Positions 49,418 through 58,527 of a DNA stretch of 64,000 nt are shown here, one piece after another. Below the pieces are notes generated by a model. That model saw only the letters and a list, made by a program, of their open reading frames with translations, was not told the origin of the DNA and did not search any database. The DNA comes from Acidobacteriota bacterium (GTDB lineage: Bacteria > Acidobacteriota > UBA6911), in contig OY761556.1 of the NCBI GenBank assembly GCA_963664705.1, positions 6,432,001 to 6,496,000 on the forward strand. The letters run 5' to 3'. Each line of letters starts with the position of its first letter. Positions within the stretch are counted from its first letter, which is position 1. A program made the position numbers and the translations under genes.

Positions 49418-52138
49418 ATGTTTACCTGCGCCAAGATTATGAATGGAAGCTCCTATCTGGGGAATCACCTGACTGCCAACGACTACTACTGTGAAAACGA
49501 GCATGTCGAGGGCAAATGGGTAGGCCAAGGAGCTGAAAGGCTTTCTTTGGCCGGCAAATCCATCAGCAAAGACGATGCTGCTTTTGAAGCCGTCCGGCGG
49601 AATTTGCGCCCGGACGGCTTCGGCAAGCTAACGCCGAGAACGGCTGAGAATGGTGTTCGCTTTTTTGACTTTCAATGCGCCCCTCATAAAAGCGTATCGA
49701 TTATGGCAGTCACTCTCGATGATCAGCGCTTATACGGTGCTCATGATCGCGCAGCAGCCAAAGCATTCGCTGAACTCGAACGCTTTGCTGCGTTCCGTTC
49801 GGGCCGAACCCGACAAGCTGAGGTTAGTGGCAATCTTTGCGCCGCAGCATTCCGGCATGATGCATCCCGTTCGCTTGATCCTCAGATTCACACACATTTT
49901 GTTGTTGCCAATGCGACATGGGACCCTGGGCATGAGCGCTGGCTTGCACTCGATACTTGCGAAATGTTCAAGGCTATCCGGTATGCCGGGAAGTTCTATC
50001 AGAACGAACTTGCACTTCAATGCCGCCAATTGGGTTACCAAATCCAACCTGTCCGCAATGAAAAAGGAATAGTTGAAGGATTTGAATTGAATGGTGTTTC
50101 GGCTGAAATTCAGGAACGATTCAGCAAGCGCCGCGCGGAGGTTGAAACCGGCATTGAAAGGTTTCGAAGAGAGAAAGGCCGAGAGCCCAACCTTCGTGAA
50201 ATCCATGTTATTACCCGCGAGACCCGCAACGTAAAGCTCAAAGAGATCAGCACACCGGAAGTCCGGGCAAGGCAACGTTCTCAGCTTTCCAAAGAAGAAT
50301 TATTGACGCTCGAAAGCGTCAAGAGAGCAACGCTTGTGCACGCCCTCGAGAAACATGGCATGCGCTCCGCATGGAAAGCATTGTTGCAGGCTCGCGATCA
50401 CCTTTTTGAACGCCATTCAGTACTGCCCGGTCATAAAGTATTTGCGGAAACCCTTAACCAGCAACTGGGCTATCTGGACGCCTCCTCGCTACGACGCTAT
50501 ATGCATAGCGCCTACAACGGACTTGTCCGCCTGACAGAGCATGTACGCAATCCGCTCTTATCATGTCAATGGAGCACAAAACAGGGTCTCAATCTTGAAC
50601 GCTGGTCTATTGAATTCGTCAATCAGACTCAGAGTTGCTGTTCGCCTCTGGGTAAGACTGAGGGTGTTGCCTTTGGTTTCACTTCGGATGAACAAAAGGA
50701 TGTGGTGTTTGAGACCCTTCAGAACACCGATCAGGTTTATTCCATTCGCGGATGTGCTGGAGCCGGCAAGACGACGTCTCTTCAGGAAATTCACAAAGGC
50801 CTGGAGGCATCAGGAAGAACCGCATTCTATCTTGCTCCAACAGCATCAGCTGCCAAAGTGCTCCAGAAAGATGGATTTGAGCATGCAACCACTGTTGACG
50901 ATTTCCTGACGAATCAGGATAGGATCAGCGGTCTGAGAAACTCCGTCGTTATTATTGACGAATCCAGTCTCCAATCTAGTCAGATGGGAGCATCCATTCT
51001 TCAGACTGCTCAGAATCATGATGCTCGCGTTCTTCTGGTCGGAGATGTTCGACAGCATGTTTCGGTTGAGGCTGGAGACTTCCTGAGGATTCTCGAACAA
51101 CATTCCAATTTGGGCCAATCAGAGCTGAAAGATATTCGCCGGCAGCAGGTGCATGAGTATAACGCTGCCATCCGGACGATGGCTGGAGGAAATGCCCTGG
51201 CAGGGATGGTTCAACTGGATGAACTGGGCTGGGTAAAGGAAGCAAAGGGGCTATACATTCAGAATGCGGCCGCTGCTTACTTGCAAGCTACGGGCAACGG
51301 AGCCAATTTGAATCGATGCATCGCCATTTCGCCAACCTGGGAAGAAAATCACCGATTTACCGTGGCTATCCGGGATGAGCTGAAACAGCGCAAGGTTTTG
51401 GCTAACGGCTCCATACTCACAACTCATGAGCAATTGGACTGGACAGATGAACAGAAGAGAAACGTCGGGAACTACCGCCCCGGAATGCTCGTGTCATTCA
51501 ATGGTCAATATGGATCCATCGAGCGCGGTCAAACCTTGCCGATCCAGCGCATTGAATCAGGCCAAATATGGCTTCAAGGCTACGGCCACTCCATTGATGT
51601 CGGCAGATGTTCTCGAAAGATCTCGGTTTCGCTGCCACGATATTTGGAGGTTTGCTCCGGCGATAAAATCCTGATCCGCCGCAATCACCGGCAAGATGGT
51701 CTGGTTAATGGACAGGTTTTAACTATTAAGCGTTTTTGCTCGGATGGTGCGATTGAAACAAATGAAGGCCCTCGAATCTCTCCGGGCTTCCGCCATTTCA
51801 GTCATGGATATGTGGTGACCAGCCATAAGTCTCAAGGGCGCACTCATGACAAGGTCATCATTGCTGCAGAACAGCTTGATATGAAAGCTGCATATGTTGC
51901 CTGTTCCAGAGGGCGCCAGGAGGCAACAGTCTTCACGCCGGACAAGGAGCACCTTATGACCGGTCTGAAACGCTCGTCAGATCGACTAGCCGCTCTGGAT
52001 GTATTTGAATCCCCCCGGACAGCATTCTGGCAGCAGCATGAACGGACCGCTCGCCAGCGAGCCAGAGAAACGAATTACAGCCCTGTTCACAGTAACTCAA
52101 TCGACCGATCGCCGTCGTTAGAACATTCGATCGGATAA
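49418..52138 (+). CDS. MOBF (TrwC/TraI-like) relaxase-helicase
   Basis: DYY, APHKSVS, FRHDASRSLDPQIHTH, FSKRR, GCAGAGKTT, IIDESS, HGYVVTSHKSQGRT. Confidence 0.93.
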   Translation: MFTCAKIMNGSSYLGNHLTANDYYCENEHVEGKWVGQGAERLSLAGKSISKDDAAFEAVRRNLRPDGFGKLTPRTAENGVRFFDFQCAPHKSVSIMAVTLDDQRLYGAHDRAAAKAFAELERFAAFRSGRTRQAEVSGNLCAAAFRHDASRSLDPQIHTHFVVANATWDPGHERWLALDTCEMFKAIRYAGKFYQNELALQCRQLGYQIQPVRNEKGIVEGFELNGVSAEIQERFSKRRAEVETGIERFRREKGREPNLREIHVITRETRNVKLKEISTPEVRARQRSQLSKEELLTLESVKRATLVHALEKHGMRSAWKALLQARDHLFERHSVLPGHKVFAETLNQQLGYLDASSLRRYMHSAYNGLVRLTEHVRNPLLSCQWSTKQGLNLERWSIEFVNQTQSCCSPLGKTEGVAFGFTSDEQKDVVFETLQNTDQVYSIRGCAGAGKTTSLQEIHKGLEASGRTAFYLAPTASAAKVLQKDGFEHATTVDDFLTNQDRISGLRNSVVIIDESSLQSSQMGASILQTAQNHDARVLLVGDVRQHVSVEAGDFLRILEQHSNLGQSELKDIRRQQVHEYNAAIRTMAGGNALAGMVQLDELGWVKEAKGLYIQNAAAAYLQATGNGANLNRCIAISPTWEENHRFTVAIRDELKQRKVLANGSILTTHEQLDWTDEQKRNVGNYRPGMLVSFNGQYGSIERGQTLPIQRIESGQIWLQGYGHSIDVGRCSRKISVSLPRYLEVCSGDKILIRRNHRQDGLVNGQVLTIKRFCSDGAIETNEGPRISPGFRHFSHGYVVTSHKSQGRTHDKVIIAAEQLDMKAAYVACSRGRQEATVFTPDKEHLMTGLKRSSDRLAALDVFESPRTAFWQQHERTARQRARETNYSPVHSNSIDRSPSLEHSIG

Positions 52139-52150
52139 AGGAGAATAAGA

Positions 52151-52636
52151 ATGAACCTCAAGTGCTATACGCCTCGTGTTGAGCATCGGGCTGCTTTGAT
52201 CGGCGGCCTGTTCATAAGACCAAACAATGACAGTTGCCTTGTTCCCGATCACTGCCTGGTCAAAGCTGAACTACTCAGCGGGTCACGGAAGCTGATGCTT
52301 ACATATTCGTACTGCATTGTTGAAGTGGCGGGACGATGCCTGGGTGCTATTTATGACGATGCCTGCATCGGCAAGCTTGGTACGGTTCGAGTAGCATCTC
52401 CTGAAGAAAATGAGTCTGCTCCAGACAACCAGCTTTGTGTAGCCAGTCTTTTGATAACGCCGCCCCTTGAAACCGCATATCCCGAATCCGAACAGGAGTG
52501 GATCAATGGGCAGATTTTGCTGGATAGCCACAAGAGCCAAAGTGGAAATTCTGGGATTGGTCCCTTCCAATCCCAGACACAATACCTCCAAGCAAATCTT
52601 GGAGGTATTGCGAAGAGGCACCAAAGCGGCACCTAG
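52151..52636 (+). CDS. Hypothetical protein
   Basis: RBS aaggag after the relaxase stop; its 3' end runs into a repeat region. Confidence 0.5.
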   Translation: MNLKCYTPRVEHRAALIGGLFIRPNNDSCLVPDHCLVKAELLSGSRKLMLTYSYCIVEVAGRCLGAIYDDACIGKLGTVRVASPEENESAPDNQLCVASLLITPPLETAYPESEQEWINGQILLDSHKSQSGNSGIGPFQSQTQYLQANLGGIAKRHQSGT

Positions 52637-52714
52637 TAGCCACTTCGGTGCCACTTTTGCCTTCAATCATTCGACTAGTGGCACCAAAGCGGCACCATGG
52701 TGCAACTTTGTTCC
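52580..52714. repeat. Hairpin plus GGCACC iterated repeats upstream of the HTH-ParA operon
   Basis: 13-bp inverted repeat caatacctccaag / cttggaggtattg (52580-52610); ggcaccaaagcggcacc at 52617 and 52680, each followed by an inverted ggtgc copy. Confidence 0.7.
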
Positions 52715-52744
52715 AATCCTATCTCTAATGGAGACACGAATTAC

Positions 52745-53137
52745 ATGTCAGGCAAACCATTTCAATCGTGCTTAATTCCTTACGAAACGGAAATCCTATC
52801 GCTAAGGCATCAAAGACCGCCAATGCCTTACGCAAAGATCGCCACGATATTAAGTCATAAACACGACATCAATGTTTGCCGCCAAACAATTAGCAAATTC
52901 ATCAGAAGGAGATTGCGCCGGCGAAGGTTTTTTGGCGAAAGACGGATTATCTGTTCGAACAAGCCCACTCCAAACATTCCTTCCACAAAAATCCTGAGTC
53001 CGGCATCCAAAGGGACCGAGCGCCCTATTTTTGAATACACCCCAAGTGATCGCTATAACCTTACGCGGCTTACGCCCGAAGAAGCCGCCAGACGCAAAAA
53101 AGAACTCGAAGAGGAGAACAATAAATGTCTACCGTAA
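52745..53137 (+). CDS. Small HTH DNA-binding protein (TraK/StbA-like position)
   Basis: MPYAKIATIL...VCRQTISKFIRRR helix-turn-helix; overlaps the next gene. Confidence 0.6.
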   Translation: MSGKPFQSCLIPYETEILSLRHQRPPMPYAKIATILSHKHDINVCRQTISKFIRRRLRRRRFFGERRIICSNKPTPNIPSTKILSPASKGTERPIFEYTPSDRYNLTRLTPEEAARRKKELEEENNKCLP

Positions 53138-53829
53138 TTTTCACTGCAGGCGCAAAGGGTGGAACTGGCAAATCAACAGCCACGCGCTTTCTTATTACAT
53201 GTCTTAGAGAGCGGAATATCAATCCGTTGATTTTGGATATGGACGATGAAAATCGGACCATATCTCGATTCTTTCCCGAAGCCATTCAGATCGAGATAAA
53301 AAAGAAATCATCACACGATGTCCTTGTTGAAAGGGCTATGAATGGTGACCCTTTTATTATTGCCGACCTAAAAGCGGGGACCGGACGCGAGGTTCTCGAC
53401 TGGTGGCTTGATGTTCCATTTGAGGAGCTTCAATCAGTAGTAAATTTCATCTGCATCGGATCCATTACCAGCTCCCCAGACAGTGTTCAGTCATTTCTTC
53501 ATTGGGTATCAGCACTTCAAAATAGGGTTGCCTACGTTGTTTTTAAAAATCTGAAAGATGGCGACAGCCTGGCTGATTATGACTATAGCGATGAGGCGCT
53601 CAAGTTCAAGGCAAAGCTCAACCCCTATCACGTAGTGATGCCACGACTCGATGAAGAGTATGCGACAGAATTGGAGCGATTGAATCTGACGATTGCGGAG
53701 GTTCTAAATCCTGGGAACAAGTCAATTGGCCTCTTGTTGGGGAAACTGATGGTGAGAGCACGGCTTAGACGCTACCAGCATAACATTTACGAGCAGATCA
53801 ATCCCATTATCGATGCCTTAAATATTTGA
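53125..53829 (+). CDS. ParA/MinD-like ATPase (TraL/MobD/StbB-like)
   Basis: GAKGGTGKST deviant Walker A, LDMD, IADL.AG. Confidence 0.78.
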   Translation: MSTVIFTAGAKGGTGKSTATRFLITCLRERNINPLILDMDDENRTISRFFPEAIQIEIKKKSSHDVLVERAMNGDPFIIADLKAGTGREVLDWWLDVPFEELQSVVNFICIGSITSSPDSVQSFLHWVSALQNRVAYVVFKNLKDGDSLADYDYSDEALKFKAKLNPYHVVMPRLDEEYATELERLNLTIAEVLNPGNKSIGLLLGKLMVRARLRRYQHNIYEQINPIIDALNI

Positions 53830-53836
53830 GGATTCC

Positions 53837-54673
53837 ATGTCCCCGGCAACTCAGCAATCTCCTTACGAAAAACTAGCTGAAGGCCTTCCCGACAAGCAAA
53901 GAGAAGCGTACTTTAAAACTCTGCATGAAGTCGGAATTAGTCCCGAGGATGTCGAACTCGCGCGGCTGTTGAAAGCTCTTCAGCTTTATAAGGCTTACTA
54001 CGAATCGATTCCGGAGGCTGTCAAAAATTCTGCCAGCAAGATCGACCAGTTAAAACAGGAGATTGAGAAGCTCAGTGTTGAAGCACGAGCAGGCCTTGAC
54101 GCTGGGGCGAGGCTTGCCGGCCAGGTCATCAATGAAGCAGAGAAGGTTTCCAAAGGCGTTTCGGGAATTGGCGTTTATGTCGATACTGCCATGCGCCAAT
54201 CCGCTGAAGGATTGACGAAACATCTGTCGGAGCAATTAGCAAAGGGGATAAAGGATTCTCTGACCCCGCTTGAATCAAGACTGATTCAGCTTGTCGCCGC
54301 AAACAAGGCATTTGATGATGCGATAGTCCAGAGCAAGAAGGCGGCTAGTCTGCTTCATCAAAATGCGACAATCGCAAAAAAGTCCCAATTGCGGACATAT
54401 GCCATGTGCAGTTTGGTAATCGTCTGCTCGCTAGTGGCAGTTTCCTGGTTTTGGCTCCACAGAAGCTATGAAGATCAGCTGGCGACCAAATACGAAACAC
54501 TGGTAAAGCAGAACGATAGGAACCGGGTAATTTTGCTGCGGCTTTCAAAACTCAACAGATCACTCGAACTGCAACTCGATCCCGATCGCTCTGGTCATGG
54601 ATTTCTCATTCTTAAAGATGCAACCGGCTGGCAATCGGCAACCAAGCAGGGAGTTATCGAATTCGGCAAATAG
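53837..54673 (+). CDS. Coiled-coil membrane protein (TraM/MobE-like)
   Basis: Long coiled coil followed by one transmembrane helix; third gene of the trio. Confidence 0.55.
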   Translation: MSPATQQSPYEKLAEGLPDKQREAYFKTLHEVGISPEDVELARLLKALQLYKAYYESIPEAVKNSASKIDQLKQEIEKLSVEARAGLDAGARLAGQVINEAEKVSKGVSGIGVYVDTAMRQSAEGLTKHLSEQLAKGIKDSLTPLESRLIQLVAANKAFDDAIVQSKKAASLLHQNATIAKKSQLRTYAMCSLVIVCSLVAVSWFWLHRSYEDQLATKYETLVKQNDRNRVILLRLSKLNRSLELQLDPDRSGHGFLILKDATGWQSATKQGVIEFGK

Positions 54674-54687
54674 CCCCAGGAGAAGCT

Positions 54688-56559
54688 ATGTCATCGCGTG
54701 TTTTCGTCGCCCATGACCGAGCGGTTTCAGCCGCCAGGATGTATATCCAGATGGCTGTTGTTGGATTGGTTCTTGCGGCACTTATCTATGGAATCTCGAT
54801 GAGCGTCTTGTTCACCCATTATGTTTCAGGCCCCGTTCCGGAAAGAATTTATGCCAATGGCATATCCCGAATTATCATGAAACCTGATGCGAAACGCCTC
54901 CGAGTTACATCGCTAGCAAAATATTTCGTTTCCTTCAATCCGATAAATTATTTCAACCTGAAACTCAGCACAGGGCAGACAACAACATCGCACAACTCAG
55001 AAATGGTTGAGGCGGAATTACAGCCATTGCTGCAGCGCCGCGAGGTTCCAAGGGAAACATATCGGAAGGCAATCTATCTGATCACCAACGGCCGCGTTGA
55101 AGATCTGCGCTGGATCTGTCCGCTAAGCCTGCTTTTCTTTCCGGTATTCGGTTGTGTCTATTTCTTTGTGTTCAGCATGGTGAACAAGAAGACAGAAAAG
55201 ACCCGGTTTGTGCGTGGTGCGGATTTGATGCCCTTTACCAAAATGAAGCAGTCCCTTGACCAGGCTATCAAAGAGGAGGAGACCAATCCTTCATTTGTGC
55301 CCCTCTGCCTTGGGAAAGCGGCCTTACCGGATTCAGTATCCCGGCGGCACATCCTTCTATTGGGAACCACCGGAACCGGGAAATCGGTTACGCTCAATGA
55401 TTATCTGACAACGCTAAAAGCTCGAAGATCGGCTTCCAAAGAAGTCAACAAATGCATCATCTATGACGTAAAGGGGGAGTTCTGCGGCAAACACCTGGAA
55501 GAAGATGATATCGTTTTCTATCCGTTTGATTCGCGATCCCTCTCGTGGAGCTTTTTTAATGAGATTTTTGATTATCCAGATTTGGATGTGCTTTGCACGT
55601 CGCTTTACGAGCCTCCCAAAAGCTCACTGGATGCGTATTGGTATAACGCAGCGCGAGACGTATTTCGTACTGGGCTCTTCTATCTGCTTCGGTCAGGGAA
55701 GAAAAGCAATCGTGACATTTGGGAGTTCTTTTCCCTGCCTCTATCGAAGATAAGGGATGCGCTTTACACTCTTCCGGTCCGGGAACTCGGCGCTATCAAG
55801 CACATTGATAAAGCTGAAAGCAACCAGGCGGCATCGGTAATTTCAATTCTGCAGGAGAGGATTTCCTTCTTCCGCTATCTGACCGATAGCGACGGCACTT
55901 TTTCATTCCGCAAATATATCCAGGATGAATCCGACCGGCGAAACCTGTTCCTCATGAACATCCGGCAATACGAGGCGATCTTTAAACCCCTCATGACCTT
56001 TGTTATCGACATCATGACACGCGAGGTCCTTTCGCTATCCGATAGCCACAAGCGCCGGATCACATTTGTTGTTGATGAATTCGGATCGCTTTCCAAAATG
56101 CCGTGCATTTTTGATTTTCTCACCATGGGGCGATCAAAGGGCGGATTCCTGGTACTGGCAAATCAGGATCTGGGGTCCGTATCGGATATTTATGGCAATG
56201 ATCGCAAGGAGACCTTTTTTAATAACTTCAACCTGCATCTCGTATTCCGCTTAAACGACCCGACAACTGCCGACTTCCTTTCGAGGGCATTTGGCGAGAG
56301 AGAAGTGGTTAAGCAATTTCAGAGCAGCCAATTCAGCCCGAATGACCTTGGCGACCGGTTTTCAATGAGCGAGCAGGAGAAGCTGGAAAAAATCGTACTT
56401 TCCACGGAGATCCAAAATCTTCCCAATTTCGAGGCCTATCTGAAGATTGCTAACTACGGTCTTACGCGAATGAAAATGCCTCAAAAGTTTTTACCGCTGG
56501 TTTGTGAGGAGTTTTTACCGAAGGACTTCGGCCTTGAACAAATGCTTAAGCAAAACTAA
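54688..56559 (+). CDS. traD: Type IV coupling protein (TraD/TrwB-like)
   Basis: Two transmembrane helices, GTTGTGKS, IIYDVKGE, VDEFGSL, GRSKGG...ANQ. Confidence 0.9.
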   Translation: MSSRVFVAHDRAVSAARMYIQMAVVGLVLAALIYGISMSVLFTHYVSGPVPERIYANGISRIIMKPDAKRLRVTSLAKYFVSFNPINYFNLKLSTGQTTTSHNSEMVEAELQPLLQRREVPRETYRKAIYLITNGRVEDLRWICPLSLLFFPVFGCVYFFVFSMVNKKTEKTRFVRGADLMPFTKMKQSLDQAIKEEETNPSFVPLCLGKAALPDSVSRRHILLLGTTGTGKSVTLNDYLTTLKARRSASKEVNKCIIYDVKGEFCGKHLEEDDIVFYPFDSRSLSWSFFNEIFDYPDLDVLCTSLYEPPKSSLDAYWYNAARDVFRTGLFYLLRSGKKSNRDIWEFFSLPLSKIRDALYTLPVRELGAIKHIDKAESNQAASVISILQERISFFRYLTDSDGTFSFRKYIQDESDRRNLFLMNIRQYEAIFKPLMTFVIDIMTREVLSLSDSHKRRITFVVDEFGSLSKMPCIFDFLTMGRSKGGFLVLANQDLGSVSDIYGNDRKETFFNNFNLHLVFRLNDPTTADFLSRAFGEREVVKQFQSSQFSPNDLGDRFSMSEQEKLEKIVLSTEIQNLPNFEAYLKIANYGLTRMKMPQKFLPLVCEEFLPKDFGLEQMLKQN

Positions 56560-56572
56560 CAGGAGATTGAAA

Positions 56573-56722
56573 ATGTTCTCAAATGACAAAAACAGTTCAT
56601 CAAATGAGCTCATAAAAACCGACACCAATTCTTTGGAATCCCTGGGCGGTGAGCCTCTTGAAGGATCCGGATTTGAAGGCGAAATTCCTGAAGCCGATTC
56701 TGAATGGGAGGATCCCCGATGA
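56573..56722 (+). CDS. Small acidic protein (49 aa)
   Basis: RBS aggag, ATG 56573; its stop overlaps the ardC ATG (ATGA). Confidence 0.45.
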   Translation: MFSNDKNSSSNELIKTDTNSLESLGGEPLEGSGFEGEIPEADSEWEDPR

Positions 56723-57738
56723 ATTCCAGAACTCCTTCAATCAAGCGAGATCTTCGCCAGGAAATCACAGATTCCATCATCGCTGCTATGGAAAAGGGAA
56801 CGGCTCCCTGGCAGAAACCTTGGCAAGCAGGTGCTTATGAAATGCCGATGAATCCAACTTCAGGGAAACCTTATCGCGGCGGCAACGCGCTTCAATTAAT
56901 GGTGACGGGCATGCGCCATGAATATGAAGACCCGAGGTGGCTTACATACCGCCAGGCGCAAGAAAATGAATGGCAGGTGCGGAAAGGCGAGAAAGGCACA
57001 CAGATTGAATTTTGGCAATTTCCGAAAGGCAAATCTGAAGACCTTGATGATTCCAGGGATCTACCTGCCGGCGAATCCAAGGATAAATTCATTTACAGGG
57101 TTTATACCGTTTTTAATGCGAGCCAGATTGAGGGGATCCCGGCGCATACACCTCGTGTTCGCCAGGAGTGGGAAGTTCATCAATCGGCAGAAACCATCCT
57201 GCAAAACAGCGGAGCGCGAATAATCCATGATCAACAGGATCGGGCATTCTATAGCCGCCTCACAGATGACATTCACCTCCCGCCCCGAGCTGCATTCAAC
57301 TCGGCAGGCGACTACTATGGGACCGCCCTTCATGAACTCGCACATTTCAGTGGAGCCGAGAGCCGCTTGAACCGGGAAACCCTGAACGAAAGCTATCGCT
57401 TTGGCGATCCAAATTATGCCAAAGAGGAGTTGCGAGCAGAACTGGCCAGCGTTTTCCTTATGGCCGAGCGCGGCATCCCTCACAATCCAGATAGCCATGC
57501 CGCCTATATTGGATCTTGGGTCAAATCACTCCAGGACGATAAGCATGAAATCTTCCGTGCTGCCCGCGACGCTCATCGCGCCGCCGATCTCTTGCTCGCA
57601 TTGGAACATTGCAAAACGATAGACCAGGCTCTTGAGCATATAAAGACTTCGCCTGGGCTCCAGCCGACGAATCTGGAAACTCGGATCACTCCTTCCATAA
57701 TAGGAAGAGAAAATCCATCAATTGAGATGGAGCCTTAG
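56719..57738 (+). CDS. ardC: ArdC antirestriction / ssDNA-binding protein with zincin domain
   Basis: PWQKPW, YRGGN, WLTYRQA, VRKGEKG, VFNASQ, HELAH, YAKEELRAEL. Confidence 0.92.
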   Translation: MNSRTPSIKRDLRQEITDSIIAAMEKGTAPWQKPWQAGAYEMPMNPTSGKPYRGGNALQLMVTGMRHEYEDPRWLTYRQAQENEWQVRKGEKGTQIEFWQFPKGKSEDLDDSRDLPAGESKDKFIYRVYTVFNASQIEGIPAHTPRVRQEWEVHQSAETILQNSGARIIHDQQDRAFYSRLTDDIHLPPRAAFNSAGDYYGTALHELAHFSGAESRLNRETLNESYRFGDPNYAKEELRAELASVFLMAERGIPHNPDSHAAYIGSWVKSLQDDKHEIFRAARDAHRAADLLLALEHCKTIDQALEHIKTSPGLQPTNLETRITPSIIGRENPSIEMEP

Positions 57739-57879
57739 ACTTAGCCGATTCAGGCTAGGCTCGTCGCCATATCCTGCCAGGTTTGCGGTCGGTAAAATGA
57801 AACAGCTGGTTACGGGATAAATATTGGCGGGCCACCGGCGTTCTGGTTTCGACCTCGTTTTTTCAGCCTAATCGAGATT

Positions 57880-58527
57880 TTATACAGGCAGGAATAGGTG
57901 ATAGATGACGAATACATTTCGTGAAAGGGAGTGCACTGATTCGCCGACTCCCGGCTTGCCGGCCAGAATAGATGATTGCTTGAAAGAGAGTGGTTTGGCA
58001 CACTTTAGTTTCTCGCGATTAATCTCGATCAATTTGTGAACGGAATTGAGTGCTCTCTCGGCATCGCCGTCGAAAACATAACCGAGCATGCCGCCATTCG
58101 CCAGCCCTTTTGAGTAACGCTCTTCTATAAAACACATCATTCCTTGGTCCCCAGTCACGTACTCGGAGACAAGCGATTGCCACCCGGATGGAAACGACAC
58201 GCTTAATCGCTTTGCTTCAATTACAAAGCAAGGCCACGGCTTTCTTGCGCCGGTTGAAAAAAGAAACAGTAGATCAGCTCTGCCTAACTGCTTTTGCCGT
58301 GCTCTCCTTCGGTCATACAGGGGAATCTCCCGAAATATCTCAACTGGGCGTTCTCTAAAATCCTGATCTTGGTCAAGCAAGTCGCGCAGACGGTCACTGA
58401 GGTCATTTTCGAGTTCAGTTTCATGTGATTTCTTCAGCCGCGCGCCACTTCGAAGTACTGCCGCGAGGATGAAGGGAATCTCTTCTTCTGGAAATAGAGG
58501 GATCCATTCGGCTGCATCGTTTCTCAT
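57880..58527 (-). CDS. Putative PD-(D/E)XK nuclease
   Basis: GRADLLF...FVIEAKRL motif; ATGA-coupled to the methyltransferase. Confidence 0.6.
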   Translation of the reverse strand: MRNDAAEWIPLFPEEEIPFILAAVLRSGARLKKSHETELENDLSDRLRDLLDQDQDFRERPVEIFREIPLYDRRRARQKQLGRADLLFLFSTGARKPWPCFVIEAKRLSVSFPSGWQSLVSEYVTGDQGMMCFIEERYSKGLANGGMLGYVFDGDAERALNSVHKLIEINREKLKCAKPLSFKQSSILAGKPGVGESVHSLSRNVFVIYHLFLPV

